Source: a virus
Strand: one strand, 5' to 3'
DNA length: 36,223 bases
Virus genome (UHGV): UHGV-0136979
Positions within the stretch are counted from its first letter, which is position 1. The number at the start of each line of letters is the position of its first letter. The notes below the pieces were generated by a model, which ran no database searches, was not told the origin of the DNA, and worked only from the letters and a program-made list of their open reading frames with translations. Below, piece by piece: positions 8,840 through 18,809 of the stretch. A program made the translations under genes and the position numbers.

Positions 8840-9334
8840 ATGGCCATGATGATGATCTACGGCATGTTTGTTTTTGAGCTGCGCACGCTGCCGCATCAGC
8901 AGTTACAGCAAAACAAAAGCTGGCGGCATGTGAAAAATGAACGCGTTAACCGTTCAGCAAGCTGGCAGTATATCGGTGCAGGTGATGATCGCATCGTTCT
9001 TTCTGGTGTGCTTTATCCTGAAATTACAGGTGGCGAAGTGTCGCTGTCGCTGCTGACCACGCAGGCGTATACAGGACGCCCCTGGCCTCTTATTGATGGC
9101 GTCGGGCAGATTTACGGCATGTATGTCCTGACCGAAACGAATACGACCCGTTCCGAGTTTGATCGCTACGGTAAGGCGAAAAAGATAGAATTTTCACTGA
9201 CCCTTGAACGCTGTGATGAGGATTTGCGGGAGCGCCTGCAATCCTCATCGTTCAGCGATATGCTGTCCGGCTTCAAAGATAAAGTGACATCATCCCTTAA
9301 CAGCGCGGCCAGTTCAGTTAAAGGGCTGTTCTGA
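8840..9334 (+). CDS. U: tail protein U
   Basis: 164 aa (P2 gpU is 159 aa); GAGGAG RBS; directly follows T. Confidence 0.85.
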   Translation: MAMMMIYGMFVFELRTLPHQQLQQNKSWRHVKNERVNRSASWQYIGAGDDRIVLSGVLYPEITGGEVSLSLLTTQAYTGRPWPLIDGVGQIYGMYVLTETNTTRSEFDRYGKAKKIEFSLTLERCDEDLRERLQSSSFSDMLSGFKDKVTSSLNSAASSVKGLF

Positions 9335-9341
9335 TTTAATG

Positions 9342-9381
9342 CTGGCCACTCATACCCTCATACCTGGTAATAAGTGGCCAG
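9342..9381. repeat. inverted repeat (9-bp arms CTGGCCACT / AGTGGCCAG, 22-nt spacer) just after U
   Basis: Read directly from the sequence; lies in the right-hand junction of the inverted tail block; could be a terminator-like structure. Confidence 0.5.
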
Positions 9382-9504
9382 TCTTAACACTCACCATTTG
9401 ATTGCACCAGTGTTAACGATTTGTTACTGGACATCAGACACGCTGGATAGCCAGTAGAAACATACCATTAAAATTATTACAATAATTGGTCACATGATTA
9501 TCTT

Positions 9505-10068
9505 ATGCTGAATAATAGAGATATGAATATTAATGAACTTAAAGATTGTATTCACTATGAAGTAATCGGTAGCGAGCGTCCTTTCTCCTGGCGAAAGGCA
9601 ATTGTTCGCGCAATAAAACATAGAAGAGTTCGTTATTTATTTTGGTGGCGCATAGCCAAATACCTTTTTGATAAAGGCGGATACTGTCGGAAGATTGCGG
9701 GGAAAATAGAACGTTTCATTCTTGATAAATATAATGTAACAGTCCCTTTAACTGTAAATATAGGGAAAGGCTTTGATATTTCTTATCTCAACAGTGTTGT
9801 TATCGGTCACAAAGTAACAATCGGTGAAAATTGTTCAATAAAACCAGGGGTAACTATTGGGCTGCGTGGTGATTTTAATGATATGGATATTGTTATAGGA
9901 CATAATGTGACCATTGGTTGTAATGCCACCATTCTTGGTGGCAAAGTGCGTATAGGAAACAATGTCACAATAGGTGCTCATGCATTGGTATTGCATGATA
10001 TTCCTGATGATTCAACATTCATCACTAAATTTCAGTCTGAAGTTATCTGCTCGTCCTCCCGCACATAA
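9505..10068 (+). CDS. hexapeptide-repeat (left-handed beta-helix) acyltransferase, cargo gene in the Z/fun position
   Basis: 187 aa with tandem [LIV]-G-x4 hexapeptide repeats ([22 protein letters not shown]...[33 protein letters not shown]); markedly AT-rich; 3' end overlaps G convergently by 37 nt. Confidence 0.75.
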   Translation: MLNNRDMNINELKDCIHYEVIGSERPFSWRKAIVRAIKHRRVRYLFWWRIAKYLFDKGGYCRKIAGKIERFILDKYNVTVPLTVNIGKGFDISYLNSVVIGHKVTIGENCSIKPGVTIGLRGDFNDMDIVIGHNVTIGCNATILGGKVRIGNNVTIGAHALVLHDIPDDSTFITKFQSEVICSSSRT

Positions 10069-10649
10069 CCCTGATTCATCAGCTCTGGCCATACGATATC
10101 CGGAGCTGTACTGGTGTCAATTCTACTCACTAATACTCTGTATTTTCTCCAGGAATCCAGTTGTGAATTTTCCTCGTTTGTTGCTATTTCAAGATTAACT
10201 GCATCCTGCAGAATTGCGATGTTATCTGTTGCTTCCTGGATCAACCTTGCCTTTTTCTCTTCCGCTTCCCGTATCCGAAACAGTTTTTCTGCTTCCTCAT
10301 CCTTCACCCAGGATACGCCGTCCCACTTCTGATACTCCCCTGCTGGCGACAACCAGGTGACATTCTCTGGTAGCGGTCCGGGTTCAGAAATAAACAACGC
10401 GTCCCCCGATGCCACGTCATAGACCGTTTTACCACGATGGTCTTCAACAATATTCCACGATTCATTTTCACTGTTAAAAACTGCCACAAAGCCAGCAGGA
10501 ATTTCCGGTGGGGCGATATCTGTAGAATTAGCTGGCAGCCCTGTATGAGGTGGAATATATGCGTCACCTTCACCAATAAACTCATTAGTTCCGGCCAGCA
10601 GGTTATAAATTTTTACAGTACGTGATTGTTTGCTCATTCTGAATGCCAT
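10032..10649 (-). CDS. G: tail fibre assembly protein G
   Basis: 205 aa directly after H; ATG at 10649 overlaps the H stop (TAATG). Confidence 0.8.
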   Translation of the reverse strand: MAFRMSKQSRTVKIYNLLAGTNEFIGEGDAYIPPHTGLPANSTDIAPPEIPAGFVAVFNSENESWNIVEDHRGKTVYDVASGDALFISEPGPLPENVTWLSPAGEYQKWDGVSWVKDEEAEKLFRIREAEEKKARLIQEATDNIAILQDAVNLEIATNEENSQLDSWRKYRVLVSRIDTSTAPDIVWPELMNQGYVREDEQITSD

Positions 10650-13306
10650 TATGCAAGCCTCACAATATAATTAAATGCGATGTTTTTAACGGTGTTTTCC
10701 GCGTTACCAGCAGCGTTAACGGTGATGGTGTGTCCATGTGAACCAATCGCAACAGAGTGCGTATGAGCGCCAATACCAACAGTGTGTGCATGTGCCCCAG
10801 CACTTGTAGCGGTACCTGATACTGAGTGGGTATGTGCGCCAGAAGAAGGCACAGTTCCATTCCCCACCACCGTGCCACTTGATGCACCATCCAGCCAGTC
10901 GAAATTCATACCGCCACTGTTTGGTCTCCTTAATGGAACGGTATGAGTATGTGCGCCAGCACTATTTGCAGTACCAGATACATTGTGGGTATGTGCACCT
11001 GTGTTATTCGTTGATTTAGTACCGTAATCAAACGACGATGTGGTTTTCGTACCCAAATCCGTACTGGATGCGCTGGCACTGTGGGTGTGCGATTTAATGC
11101 CGTCCTGTTCCAGAGACAATACGGCCCGACCACTGGCGGGTTTGCCCTTGATTGTCCAGCCACGCATATCCGGGATCACGCCTGACGGATAAGCGACTGC
11201 AAGTTTCGGGTATGCAGATTTATCAAAAGTCTGTCCCTGCATCAGGGCGTAACCAGACGGCACAGTATCTGATGGCCACGGCAGCGGAACACCTGGCGGA
11301 AACGCTTCAATATTTGCCGAGCCGTCAAATTTTACGCCGTTAATTGTCCTTGCCGTTTTCAGCTTTGTTGCTGTAGCAGCATTGCCGGATAGTTCGCCTG
11401 AAAGACCACCGCTGAATGTCTGTTTCGCCGCCCATGTCTGAGCTTCGTCGATAATTGGCACACGTCTTGTCGTAATCGTGCGGCTTCCCGGATTTCCTGA
11501 AATGCGAACCATAAAAAAGCGGTAATTCGCTTTACTTACAGTGCTGCGCCATACATGCATTGAGCGCCCCGTACCGGAATCATCACTCGGACCAACTGCG
11601 ATGTTTATCAGGTTGCCATCAATGACGCCCCAGTCCATACCGTCGGGAATATTGGTCATGTTATCAAGCCGAACGGTTATCAGACTGCCCGGCACAAAAT
11701 CGTAGGTCTGCCAGTCCAGGCTGGTGAGTTTTGCCACTGCGCCACCGATCCCCATATTCAGGGGCAACGAAAAGGAGTTATACACTTCTCGCCATTCGGT
11801 CCATGTGCTCCCGGCGTAGACGCGCTCAAAAGTGCGCCCCTGTGTGGTTTCTGATTTCCCTGTGGTTGTGTAACGCTGCCAGACAGATACACCATCAAAA
11901 CGCCTGATTACTTCCAGTATCCCAAGCAATGTCGCCCCAGCAGCGTCCAGCATCGGACCGTTTGTCGCCTTTCCTGTAACACTGTAAATACCGGGGTCGG
12001 TTAGAACATTCAAATCACCTTCGTAATAACGGCTCTCTGACTGATGACCGACTCTTAACCACGGTTCCCACTGCGGATTTGATGCATCCCAGCTTGCCGC
12101 AAGGCAGCGAACGTACATATTCCCACGACGAGTGGTATAACGTTGCGTTCTTCCATAATTCCCGCCTTCGAGGATCTCAAGCGTCCCCTGAGCAAAGCCG
12201 CCTTCCTCTGGATAATTGCGTTCATATGAAGCTATAGCCGAGCTACTGTTACGCCATAAACCAAGATGCTCAGCGGCTCCAAGCGTATTCAGGTCTATAG
12301 TCGTACTCAAAGGGCGGGTAGCTGATTGAGTGTGACGCCATACGCCCCACGGACCATCAGTGCCATTCCACTTATTGGCGAGTTTACGCATGTATACATT
12401 GCCGTCTCTCGTGATAAAACGTTGCGTGCCTGCAAAATTGCCAGCTGCAAAAACCTCAAGCACACCGACAGCATTATCTTCCGGGAAATTTTTCTCCAGT
12501 GTTGCGTTGGTGGATGTTGCTTTAGACCAGATGCCAAGATAAGCCTTAACGGGACCAAATGTATTCAGGTCGGCATCAAGCGGCATTTCGCCATTATTTT
12601 TCATAAACGTCAGGCTGGTAACGCCAACATTGCCCAGAAAAGCGCCCTTATCTGGAATATCGTCACCGTTCTGGTCTTTCTGCAGACGTTTCTCAGCATT
12701 GTCATAGGCTGCTTTTACTGCCTTTGGCGTTGCCGCCAGCTTTTCACTGGTGCTGTTTGTTGCACTGCTTAACTGGGTAAAACCTTTTTCTGTCAGCGTG
12801 GCGTCAGGATGGCGGCGGGATTGCTCATGCTCTGCGATTTTGTCATCGACGTAATCCTGCGTCGCCATCACTGTGCTGGCATCAATACTCAGCTCAACGG
12901 ACGCCACGTTGCTGACAATAATAACCATGCGGCAGGTCTGCGCGCGCCCGGAGCCTTCAGCGAGTTCAGGTTTATAGCTTTCCGCCATGTTAGCGACCGC
13001 AATCAGTGTTCCGGCATCGTCATACAGACCCAGCTCACGCATCCAGAAGCCGCCCACTTCTGGCGGTACAACCAGTTCAGCCACGATATAGTTTTTATTC
13101 TTGTTATCCACGCTGACTTTATTCAGAGCGTGACGCCAGACCTCATGCACCAGTTTCGTCTGACCGGCATCCGGCACCGGCAATTTGCCATTACCGTCAC
13201 CCACGGCCATTGCAGACAGAGTTACTTTTTTCCCGCCGGGGACAGTGGCGGCTGCCAGCTTCGCGGCTCCGGCAGTAGTGATAACGGTTTTAAATTTCGT
13301 GCTCAT
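10649..13306 (-). CDS. H: tail fibre protein H
   Basis: 885 aa; conserved N-terminal region of P2/Mu-type fibres; C-terminal repeated GAHTH / HxH motifs typical of tail-fibre tip domains. Confidence 0.9.
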   Translation of the reverse strand: MSTKFKTVITTAGAAKLAAATVPGGKKVTLSAMAVGDGNGKLPVPDAGQTKLVHEVWRHALNKVSVDNKNKNYIVAELVVPPEVGGFWMRELGLYDDAGTLIAVANMAESYKPELAEGSGRAQTCRMVIIVSNVASVELSIDASTVMATQDYVDDKIAEHEQSRRHPDATLTEKGFTQLSSATNSTSEKLAATPKAVKAAYDNAEKRLQKDQNGDDIPDKGAFLGNVGVTSLTFMKNNGEMPLDADLNTFGPVKAYLGIWSKATSTNATLEKNFPEDNAVGVLEVFAAGNFAGTQRFITRDGNVYMRKLANKWNGTDGPWGVWRHTQSATRPLSTTIDLNTLGAAEHLGLWRNSSSAIASYERNYPEEGGFAQGTLEILEGGNYGRTQRYTTRRGNMYVRCLAASWDASNPQWEPWLRVGHQSESRYYEGDLNVLTDPGIYSVTGKATNGPMLDAAGATLLGILEVIRRFDGVSVWQRYTTTGKSETTQGRTFERVYAGSTWTEWREVYNSFSLPLNMGIGGAVAKLTSLDWQTYDFVPGSLITVRLDNMTNIPDGMDWGVIDGNLINIAVGPSDDSGTGRSMHVWRSTVSKANYRFFMVRISGNPGSRTITTRRVPIIDEAQTWAAKQTFSGGLSGELSGNAATATKLKTARTINGVKFDGSANIEAFPPGVPLPWPSDTVPSGYALMQGQTFDKSAYPKLAVAYPSGVIPDMRGWTIKGKPASGRAVLSLEQDGIKSHTHSASASSTDLGTKTTSSFDYGTKSTNNTGAHTHNVSGTANSAGAHTHTVPLRRPNSGGMNFDWLDGASSGTVVGNGTVPSSGAHTHSVSGTATSAGAHAHTVGIGAHTHSVAIGSHGHTITVNAAGNAENTVKNIAFNYIVRLA

Positions 13307-13316
13307 TGTTTCTCAC

Positions 13317-13877
13317 TTATCCGGGATAAACAGTAATAACATCACCATCACAGACCACACCGCCTGTATACAGATAGCCGGGAATGTCCTGGATAATGTT
13401 CAGGCCGATAAGGTGGCGACTTGCGGGTTTGGCATCGGCAATCAGCCGTTCCATTTCCAGATACATTTCCTCGGTCACACCACTGTCCAGCGTGCCAACA
13501 TCAACCTTGAATGTTCCGGGTTCGCCGTCGAACTCCCACCACTCAGACACACGAATGAGATATCCCAGCGGCTCAATGGCCCGGCGCAGTGCGCTGATGG
13601 TTCCCTTGTGTCGGTGTATCAGCCATGCATCACGAATCACCTGTCGCTTTGTCTCTTCCGGCCAGTTGCGATCCCAGCGGTCAACGGAAAATGCCCAGGC
13701 GAGATAAGGCAGCAGATGCACCGGGCAGGTGTCCGGCGACCACAGCGTGTTGAGGTCTACCGGAATGTCTGTAATGCGCGCTCCGACAGCTTCGGCGCAA
13801 CGCATGAAATTGCTGGCTGATGGCGGTAACAGTGAATTACTCATTACGCCCACCTTCGCTGATGGTGAATGACTCAC
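13317..13877 (-). CDS. I: baseplate/tail protein I
   Basis: 186 aa (P2 gpI is 176 aa); synteny J-I-H; overlaps J by 41 nt. Confidence 0.85.
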   Translation of the reverse strand: MSHSPSAKVGVMSNSLLPPSASNFMRCAEAVGARITDIPVDLNTLWSPDTCPVHLLPYLAWAFSVDRWDRNWPEETKRQVIRDAWLIHRHKGTISALRRAIEPLGYLIRVSEWWEFDGEPGTFKVDVGTLDSGVTEEMYLEMERLIADAKPASRHLIGLNIIQDIPGYLYTGGVVCDGDVITVYPG

Positions 13878-14733
13878 AGCGCGCCGCCTGTATGTCGCTG
13901 ATGGCCATATTCTGTGTGGGTTCGATTATCTCCACGCGTTGAACACCGTGCACATGCAATGCGGCAGCAATGGCGGACAACGCCACGTCCTGACCGATAA
14001 GCCCCTGCTCAGCCAGCCACTTCCTGAACGACGATTCAGCCGCAGCCAGAATAGGTTCGGATTCCGGGCCGGGATAAAAGTACAGTTTTGCATTCAGCCG
14101 CCATGTCACGATTCTGGCACTCTGTACGGTCAGGCGGTCGGCCACCGGGCGGGTATCCTCTGCATTCAGAACGGCACGAACGGTATTAAGCAACGCCTCC
14201 GTTGCTGTGCCGTCGCCTTCAGTGGACAGGATGGAAACCGTCACGTTGGCCGGAGACGGACTGATAGCCCGCGCATCACGCACCAGACCGCTGGCGCTGC
14301 GGGCAAAATACTCGTATGCACCTGACGGGCCAGCAACACTCAGGCCGTCGTACGCCCGCTGCGCCCGCAGTCTCAGCGAGGTGTCACTCTCCATCACCGC
14401 GTCGGTGGTATCCGTTGCCGGAGTGATGGTCAGGCGCTTTGTGTTCATATTGCCCGCGAGGTTGTCCAGGTCTGTCCCGGCGCTGTGGCTTAACATGCAG
14501 GCGCGTGCCCCCTCATTGACCCGCTGGCGTAACAGCATTTCACGAAACGCTGTTGTCTGGGCGATAACGTTCAGGGGTTCCGATTCCAGCTCCAGCGCGG
14601 CGGAGACGGCTTCACGCTGTTCGGCGGGATAAGCCGCAATCATCATGGCCTTTGTGTCAGCCAGAATTGCCTCAAAGTCAGGCTCCGCGATGATGGCGGG
14701 TTCCGGTAACTGTGAAAGGTCAACGGCGGGCAT
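13837..14733 (-). CDS. J: baseplate assembly protein J
   Basis: 298 aa (P2 gpJ is 302 aa); synteny W-J-I. Confidence 0.9.
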   Translation of the reverse strand: MPAVDLSQLPEPAIIAEPDFEAILADTKAMMIAAYPAEQREAVSAALELESEPLNVIAQTTAFREMLLRQRVNEGARACMLSHSAGTDLDNLAGNMNTKRLTITPATDTTDAVMESDTSLRLRAQRAYDGLSVAGPSGAYEYFARSASGLVRDARAISPSPANVTVSILSTEGDGTATEALLNTVRAVLNAEDTRPVADRLTVQSARIVTWRLNAKLYFYPGPESEPILAAAESSFRKWLAEQGLIGQDVALSAIAAALHVHGVQRVEIIEPTQNMAISDIQAARCESFTISEGGRNE

Positions 14734-14736
14734 GAT

Positions 14737-15087
14737 TTACTCCCTCAGCGTGATGGTTAATTCAACATTCTGCATGGTCTGCATGACAGTGCCCGACAGC
14801 GTCACCCCGGCGCGGCCTCCCGCTTTCCAGACAACGTCGATGGCATCCAGGGCAATGCGGGGTTCCCATCGTGTCAGCGCAATCACGGCAGCACTCATGC
14901 ATTGCAGACGCGTGGTGTTATTCATGGGTTCGTCAATCAAATCAGGCACAAGGCTGCCATATTCCCGTCGCATAACCCGGCTTGCCAGCGGGGTGGTCAG
15001 GATGTCCCTGACTGACTGTTTCAGGTGCTCCATATCGTTCAGGTTTCCCGTTCCGTCCGGGTTCATTCCTGTGTAGCGGGTTGTCAC
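14737..15087 (-). CDS. W: baseplate protein W (gp25-like)
   Basis: 116 aa (P2 gpW is 115 aa); synteny V-W-J. Confidence 0.85.
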   Translation of the reverse strand: MTTRYTGMNPDGTGNLNDMEHLKQSVRDILTTPLASRVMRREYGSLVPDLIDEPMNNTTRLQCMSAAVIALTRWEPRIALDAIDVVWKAGGRAGVTLSGTVMQTMQNVELTITLRE

Positions 15088-15665
15088 TGCGGGCCTCCTG
15101 TCGAATCGCTGCCACCTTTCACGCCACCGTGTTTATGCGTATGCACGGTAATGCCGTTTGAGGTGAAATTGCCGCCGCTGTGCGTGATATTGCCGCTCAT
15201 CTTTCCCCCTTTTGTGACGTCAAGCGTCGCCGTTCTCAGAAGGTTTGTGCATTCCACGACGGGCGTATCCAGTGTCACGCTGACGGATGCCTGCAGGGTG
15301 GCTGTTTTCATGCCGCTGGCGCTCAGTGCGCCTGCGTCCGCGTCGTAGCGGAACACCGCGCCATCCGGCGCGCTGACCACGATTTCTTTCAGGCTTTTGC
15401 CGGGGGCCGGACTGGCATCACTCCACAGGCTGCCAATTATCATGGCGGTTTCCGGGTTGCCGCCAATGCAGGCAATTACCACCTGTTCGCCTGGTGATGG
15501 CGGCAGCCACACATTGAAGGCTCCCGCGCGCGTGGTGTTCCAGCGCAGCCAGCCTGTTTCCAGTTCGCCGCTGCGAACGCGCACGCGCCAGGACTTCTCA
15601 TCAACTTCAGAGATGATCCCGGTGCGGATGATATTGCTCAGCAGTCGCATGAGTTCTGCGCTCAC
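15084..15665 (-). CDS. V: baseplate spike protein V
   Basis: 193 aa; position and size fit P2 gpV; 4-nt overlap with W. Confidence 0.85.
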   Translation of the reverse strand: MSAELMRLLSNIIRTGIISEVDEKSWRVRVRSGELETGWLRWNTTRAGAFNVWLPPSPGEQVVIACIGGNPETAMIIGSLWSDASPAPGKSLKEIVVSAPDGAVFRYDADAGALSASGMKTATLQASVSVTLDTPVVECTNLLRTATLDVTKGGKMSGNITHSGGNFTSNGITVHTHKHGGVKGGSDSTGGPQ

Positions 15666-16306
15666 CGTACAGCCTCCGCAATCCGGCCCAGCACCGTGTT
15701 ATAAATCAGGCGTTCATCTGCCTGACTGATGCCCAACAGCTCACGTACCGGGTAATCGGTGAAAATGCCCGGCGCAACCTGATCGCGCTCACCGAACTGA
15801 TGAACGCGTGCAATACGTGCGGCCACGCCGCTGTAACCCACCGTCACACCGGAAGCATCCGCACGGGCTTTCAGGTAGCGGGCGGTGCGCAGTTTTACGA
15901 ACATGGGGACGCGCTTTGTGCTGTCCTGGTTGATGCGCCGGGTGCGTATTTCCAGAAAGCGGTCGATGTCATCCCGGTAAAACGTGCGGATGCTGTTTTT
16001 ATCCTCATCCCACCCGGTGATGGTTCGCCCGTATTTCCCCGTGTCGTGATGCCAGTTTTTCAGCGTGCGTGCTTCGTTATTCCAGATAAAGCGAATACGC
16101 TCCTGTATCCGGGTTACGCGGCGTCTGCGTGGTGTCCATGCAGTCCCGTCCGGCGCTTTCTGTGACCGGATACGTGCCTGCTGGGCGCGACGTAAATCCT
16201 GTGCCAGCTTTCTGGCGATGTTATTGATGGCCTGCTGATTCAGGCTGTCGCGGATAGCCTCAAAGGTTTCATCCACGCGGGTGAATGCCTTATCCATCGC
16301 TTTCAC
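15662..16306 (-). CDS. virion morphogenesis / tail completion protein (S-position)
   Basis: 214 aa in the P2 gpS position between R and V; longer than P2 gpS (150 aa), so called by position and general resemblance only. Confidence 0.7.
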   Translation of the reverse strand: MKAMDKAFTRVDETFEAIRDSLNQQAINNIARKLAQDLRRAQQARIRSQKAPDGTAWTPRRRRVTRIQERIRFIWNNEARTLKNWHHDTGKYGRTITGWDEDKNSIRTFYRDDIDRFLEIRTRRINQDSTKRVPMFVKLRTARYLKARADASGVTVGYSGVAARIARVHQFGERDQVAPGIFTDYPVRELLGISQADERLIYNTVLGRIAEAVR

Positions 16307-16757
16307 CCCACGTCACATCCTGGAATACATGCGACCAGTCGCCTTCGGAAGATGGCAGACGGGGTTTTGGCTCCGGCAGGTGTTCTGCCTGCGGTGTCCC
16401 CTGACTGCTGCGCGTGATGCGAACGCGTTCCCGCAGAGGGAGCGTAAACAGGAGATCGGCGCTGTCATCGTCATTGATAACGGCGGAGAATTTGATGTCC
16501 TGATTACGCTCCGGATTGAGCAACAATTGCGGCTGATTTTCGGATAACCACGCCAGTAGCGGCAGCGTGAGGTCGTCCAGCTCCCCGGCGTAATCCATGA
16601 CAAACATCACCATCTGATAGCGGTAAACAAACGAGGGCGTTTCTCCGGTCGTTTCAATGTTGCCGCTCTCCACGAAAATGGTGAATTTTTCCGGGTTGGC
16701 CTGACACCATCGGCATGAACGGGTCATGGCTTCACGCAGGGAATCAGTTTTCAGCAT
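16290..16757 (-). CDS. R: tail completion protein R
   Basis: 155 aa, the same length as P2 gpR; synteny after the lysis genes. Confidence 0.8.
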   Translation of the reverse strand: MLKTDSLREAMTRSCRWCQANPEKFTIFVESGNIETTGETPSFVYRYQMVMFVMDYAGELDDLTLPLLAWLSENQPQLLLNPERNQDIKFSAVINDDDSADLLFTLPLRERVRITRSSQGTPQAEHLPEPKPRLPSSEGDWSHVFQDVTWGESDG

Positions 16758-17034
16758 GGTTGTTGTCCTCGTTGTTCAGTCGTTGCAGCCTGCGCTGTTC
16801 CAGTAATTCAATGGCCCGTTTATCCGCGTTACAGGTTTCCAGTGCATCCAGAAGGCGGTCGCCCCATATACCGAGATTTCCCCATGTGAGAGGGGCAGGG
16901 AAGGGGGGCGGCGTTACCGGAATGGTCAGTGTCTGCGGTATAAGCCGGACTGACGGCGCTGGCCGTGGCGCGTTCTGCGTGCCTGCGCAACCTGTCAGTA
17001 AAACGAGCGTCAGGCAAAGCGTGGGCGCATTCAT
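16744..17034 (-). CDS. lysC: o-spanin lipoprotein (LysC/Rz1-like)
   Basis: Internal start at 17034 gives MNAPTLCLTLVLLTGCAG with lipobox LLTGC, then a Pro-rich segment; lies in the +1 frame over the 3' half of the i-spanin gene. The track ORF starts further upstream at 17148. Confidence 0.7.
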   Translation of the reverse strand: MNAPTLCLTLVLLTGCAGTQNAPRPAPSVRLIPQTLTIPVTPPPFPAPLTWGNLGIWGDRLLDALETCNADKRAIELLEQRRLQRLNNEDNNHAEN

Positions 17035-17302
17035 CTTTTGCAATATCGTTGCGTAGCTGTTCACGTCTGGCCTCTCCGTCCTGATTTCGCTGTTGATTTT
17101 CCACGCGGAGTTGCGCCAGCACCTGCTGCATATCCTGTACCCCGGCACTGATGATATTCAGTGTGTCGACGGTACTTTTCAGGGTGCTGGCCTGTGCTTC
17201 GTTTCTGGCGTTCTCCCGGCCAAGCGACCATGACAGACGCATGGATGTTCCCCATGCGGCAATCAGAAGGAAAGCGACACCCAGCGTGGGCCAGAGCTTC
17301 AT
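16829..17302 (-). CDS. lysB: i-spanin (LysB/Rz-like)
   Basis: Start at 17302 (MKLWPTLGVAFLLIAAWG) gives an N-terminal transmembrane helix and coiled-coil periplasmic domain; start overlaps the endolysin stop; contains the o-spanin gene. The track ORF extends to 17446. Confidence 0.7.
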   Translation of the reverse strand: MKLWPTLGVAFLLIAAWGTSMRLSWSLGRENARNEAQASTLKSTVDTLNIISAGVQDMQQVLAQLRVENQQRNQDGEARREQLRNDIAKDECAHALPDARFTDRLRRHAERATASAVSPAYTADTDHSGNAAPLPCPSHMGKSRYMGRPPSGCTGNL

Positions 17303-17691
17303 GCCGGATAGGCTCCGTGTGGTAACTGAAAATGTGGTCCGTCTTTCAGTGTCTTCCAGTCGCCGCCCCATTCCACCGGAATATTCAGTTCCCGGCTGGC
17401 CTGTCTGAATGCTGCTGCGATTTTTTCGTACAGCGGCCATTCCCATGACACCTGGCTGCCGATATAAGCCACAACATCCACGGCATGCCCCGTAAGGTGG
17501 CGGCTGTTCATGGTCTGGCTCTTACCCGTGGCCACCAGTTGCTTCTGGCGGTAACGGCTGCGCAACCCTTCGGTGATACCAAAATCCACTTCCGAGATTT
17601 CCAGTGCCCGTCGGGTCACTTTCACCAGATCAGGATTTACGCCCTGCAAATTCTTTTCGCTCCGGCTGCTGAATTTAAATGTGTTGCTCAT
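17299..17691 (-). CDS. endolysin, peptidase M15-like
   Basis: 130 aa with HLTGHAVD and DGPHFQL motifs resembling the His..Asp..His zinc site of M15 peptidases; sits between holin and spanins. Confidence 0.7.
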   Translation of the reverse strand: MSNTFKFSSRSEKNLQGVNPDLVKVTRRALEISEVDFGITEGLRSRYRQKQLVATGKSQTMNSRHLTGHAVDVVAYIGSQVSWEWPLYEKIAAAFRQASRELNIPVEWGGDWKTLKDGPHFQLPHGAYPA

Positions 17692-18011
17692 TCGTCCTTC
17701 TCCTTCACCCTGCGATTAAAGGCCGCAATAACCTTGTCGCGTGCTTTCTCTGCACCCATAAAACCGATTGATGCGCCGATAAACGTCACGGCATCTTCAG
17801 GAAACCCGAAGAAGCGCAACGACCCGGCCACGGCCATGGCAAGAACGCCGCACGCCAGCGATCCCGTTACGGTCTGAACCAGTGTTCGTCCGTCATAAAG
17901 GCTCATCAGCGCGGAAATGCTGACCGCCGCGCCTACTGCATACACCGTTGGCAGGTGGTCAAAGAGCCACGCAATAACCTGCTCTGTGATCCCTGTTTGA
18001 ATGGTGCTCAC
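17688..18011 (-). CDS. holin (GTG start)
   Basis: GTG at 18011 preceded by GGGGGGAG; about 108 aa with two or three hydrophobic helices and a charged C-terminal tail; directly upstream of the endolysin. The track ORF runs to 18230 but would overlap X. Confidence 0.6.
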   Translation of the reverse strand: MSTIQTGITEQVIAWLFDHLPTVYAVGAAVSISALMSLYDGRTLVQTVTGSLACGVLAMAVAGSLRFFGFPEDAVTFIGASIGFMGAEKARDKVIAAFNRRVKEKDE

Positions 18012-18013
18012 TG

Positions 18014-18214
18014 CTACTCCCCCCACAACTGAATCATTTCTCGTTTCTTCTTCTCCGGCTCCGGCATCTCCACTTCCTGCCCGGCGTCCAGAAATACCTG
18101 CTGACAGAGTTCGGGGTTGGCATCCAGCACCTTTTCGGTGACGCCCTGCGTCGTGCCGTAGTACCGGAAACAGAGCGAATCCACGGTGTCGCCTTCCAGT
18201 GCCTTCACTTTCAT
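18014..18214 (-). CDS. X: tail protein X
   Basis: Start MKVKALEGDTVDSLCFRYYG at 18214 (ATGA overlap with the L stop); 66 aa, close to P2 gpX (67 aa). Confidence 0.7.
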   Translation of the reverse strand: MKVKALEGDTVDSLCFRYYGTTQGVTEKVLDANPELCQQVFLDAGQEVEMPEPEKKKREMIQLWGE

Positions 18215-18717
18215 CAGCACAACTCCGCAAAGATTCGCGGGCGGCACAGAATGTCAGAGATGGCCCAGCTCACATCGCGCCACAAATCCGATGTCTGTAT
18301 ATCCAGTGCGTCCGCCCGGCGGTCGCCCTTGTCCGTTGTGTCCGCATCGCGGTAACGCTCCAGAATCAGGGCGCGTGTGGCGGTGTAAACCGCATTGCGC
18401 CAGTGCCAGAGATTGACGCTTTCTCCGTTAATTACGGGTGCCGGAACATCGGCCAGCGTCTGATGGCCAGCCGCCTGCTGTTCCTGCTGCCACGCTTCCA
18501 GCTCGCGGGTAACGTGTGCCACGGCCCCGGTGGCGGTATGCAGCAGGCGGGAGGTGGTCACACGGCCCGGCAGTCGTACCGCCAGACGCAGTTCACGCAG
18601 CACAATATCCGGCCAGAATGCACCCGCTGAAATACGGGTATCACCATCATCGGTATCGGTGATGTCGTCCTCTGCGGGTCCGGGGTTGGTTCTGGCAACC
18701 ATACTCATGGGGTTCAC
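18214..18717 (-). CDS. L: head completion/stabilisation protein L
   Basis: 167 aa (P2 gpL is 169 aa); synteny M-L-X. Confidence 0.85.
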   Translation of the reverse strand: MNPMSMVARTNPGPAEDDITDTDDGDTRISAGAFWPDIVLRELRLAVRLPGRVTTSRLLHTATGAVAHVTRELEAWQQEQQAAGHQTLADVPAPVINGESVNLWHWRNAVYTATRALILERYRDADTTDKGDRRADALDIQTSDLWRDVSWAISDILCRPRIFAELC

Positions 18718-18809
18718 TCCTGAAAAAATCGGGCGGTGGGTGCGCGGTGTAAACGGTCACGGAGTCAAACCGGAACACCGCGCACGCCGCCCGCTGACGG
18801 GGTCAGTCG

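Noticed and set aside
12809-13820. + strand ORFs of 175 and 211 aa overlapping tail-fibre H and baseplate I
   Set aside because: Antisense shadows of H and I; His/Cys-rich nonsense-like translations.
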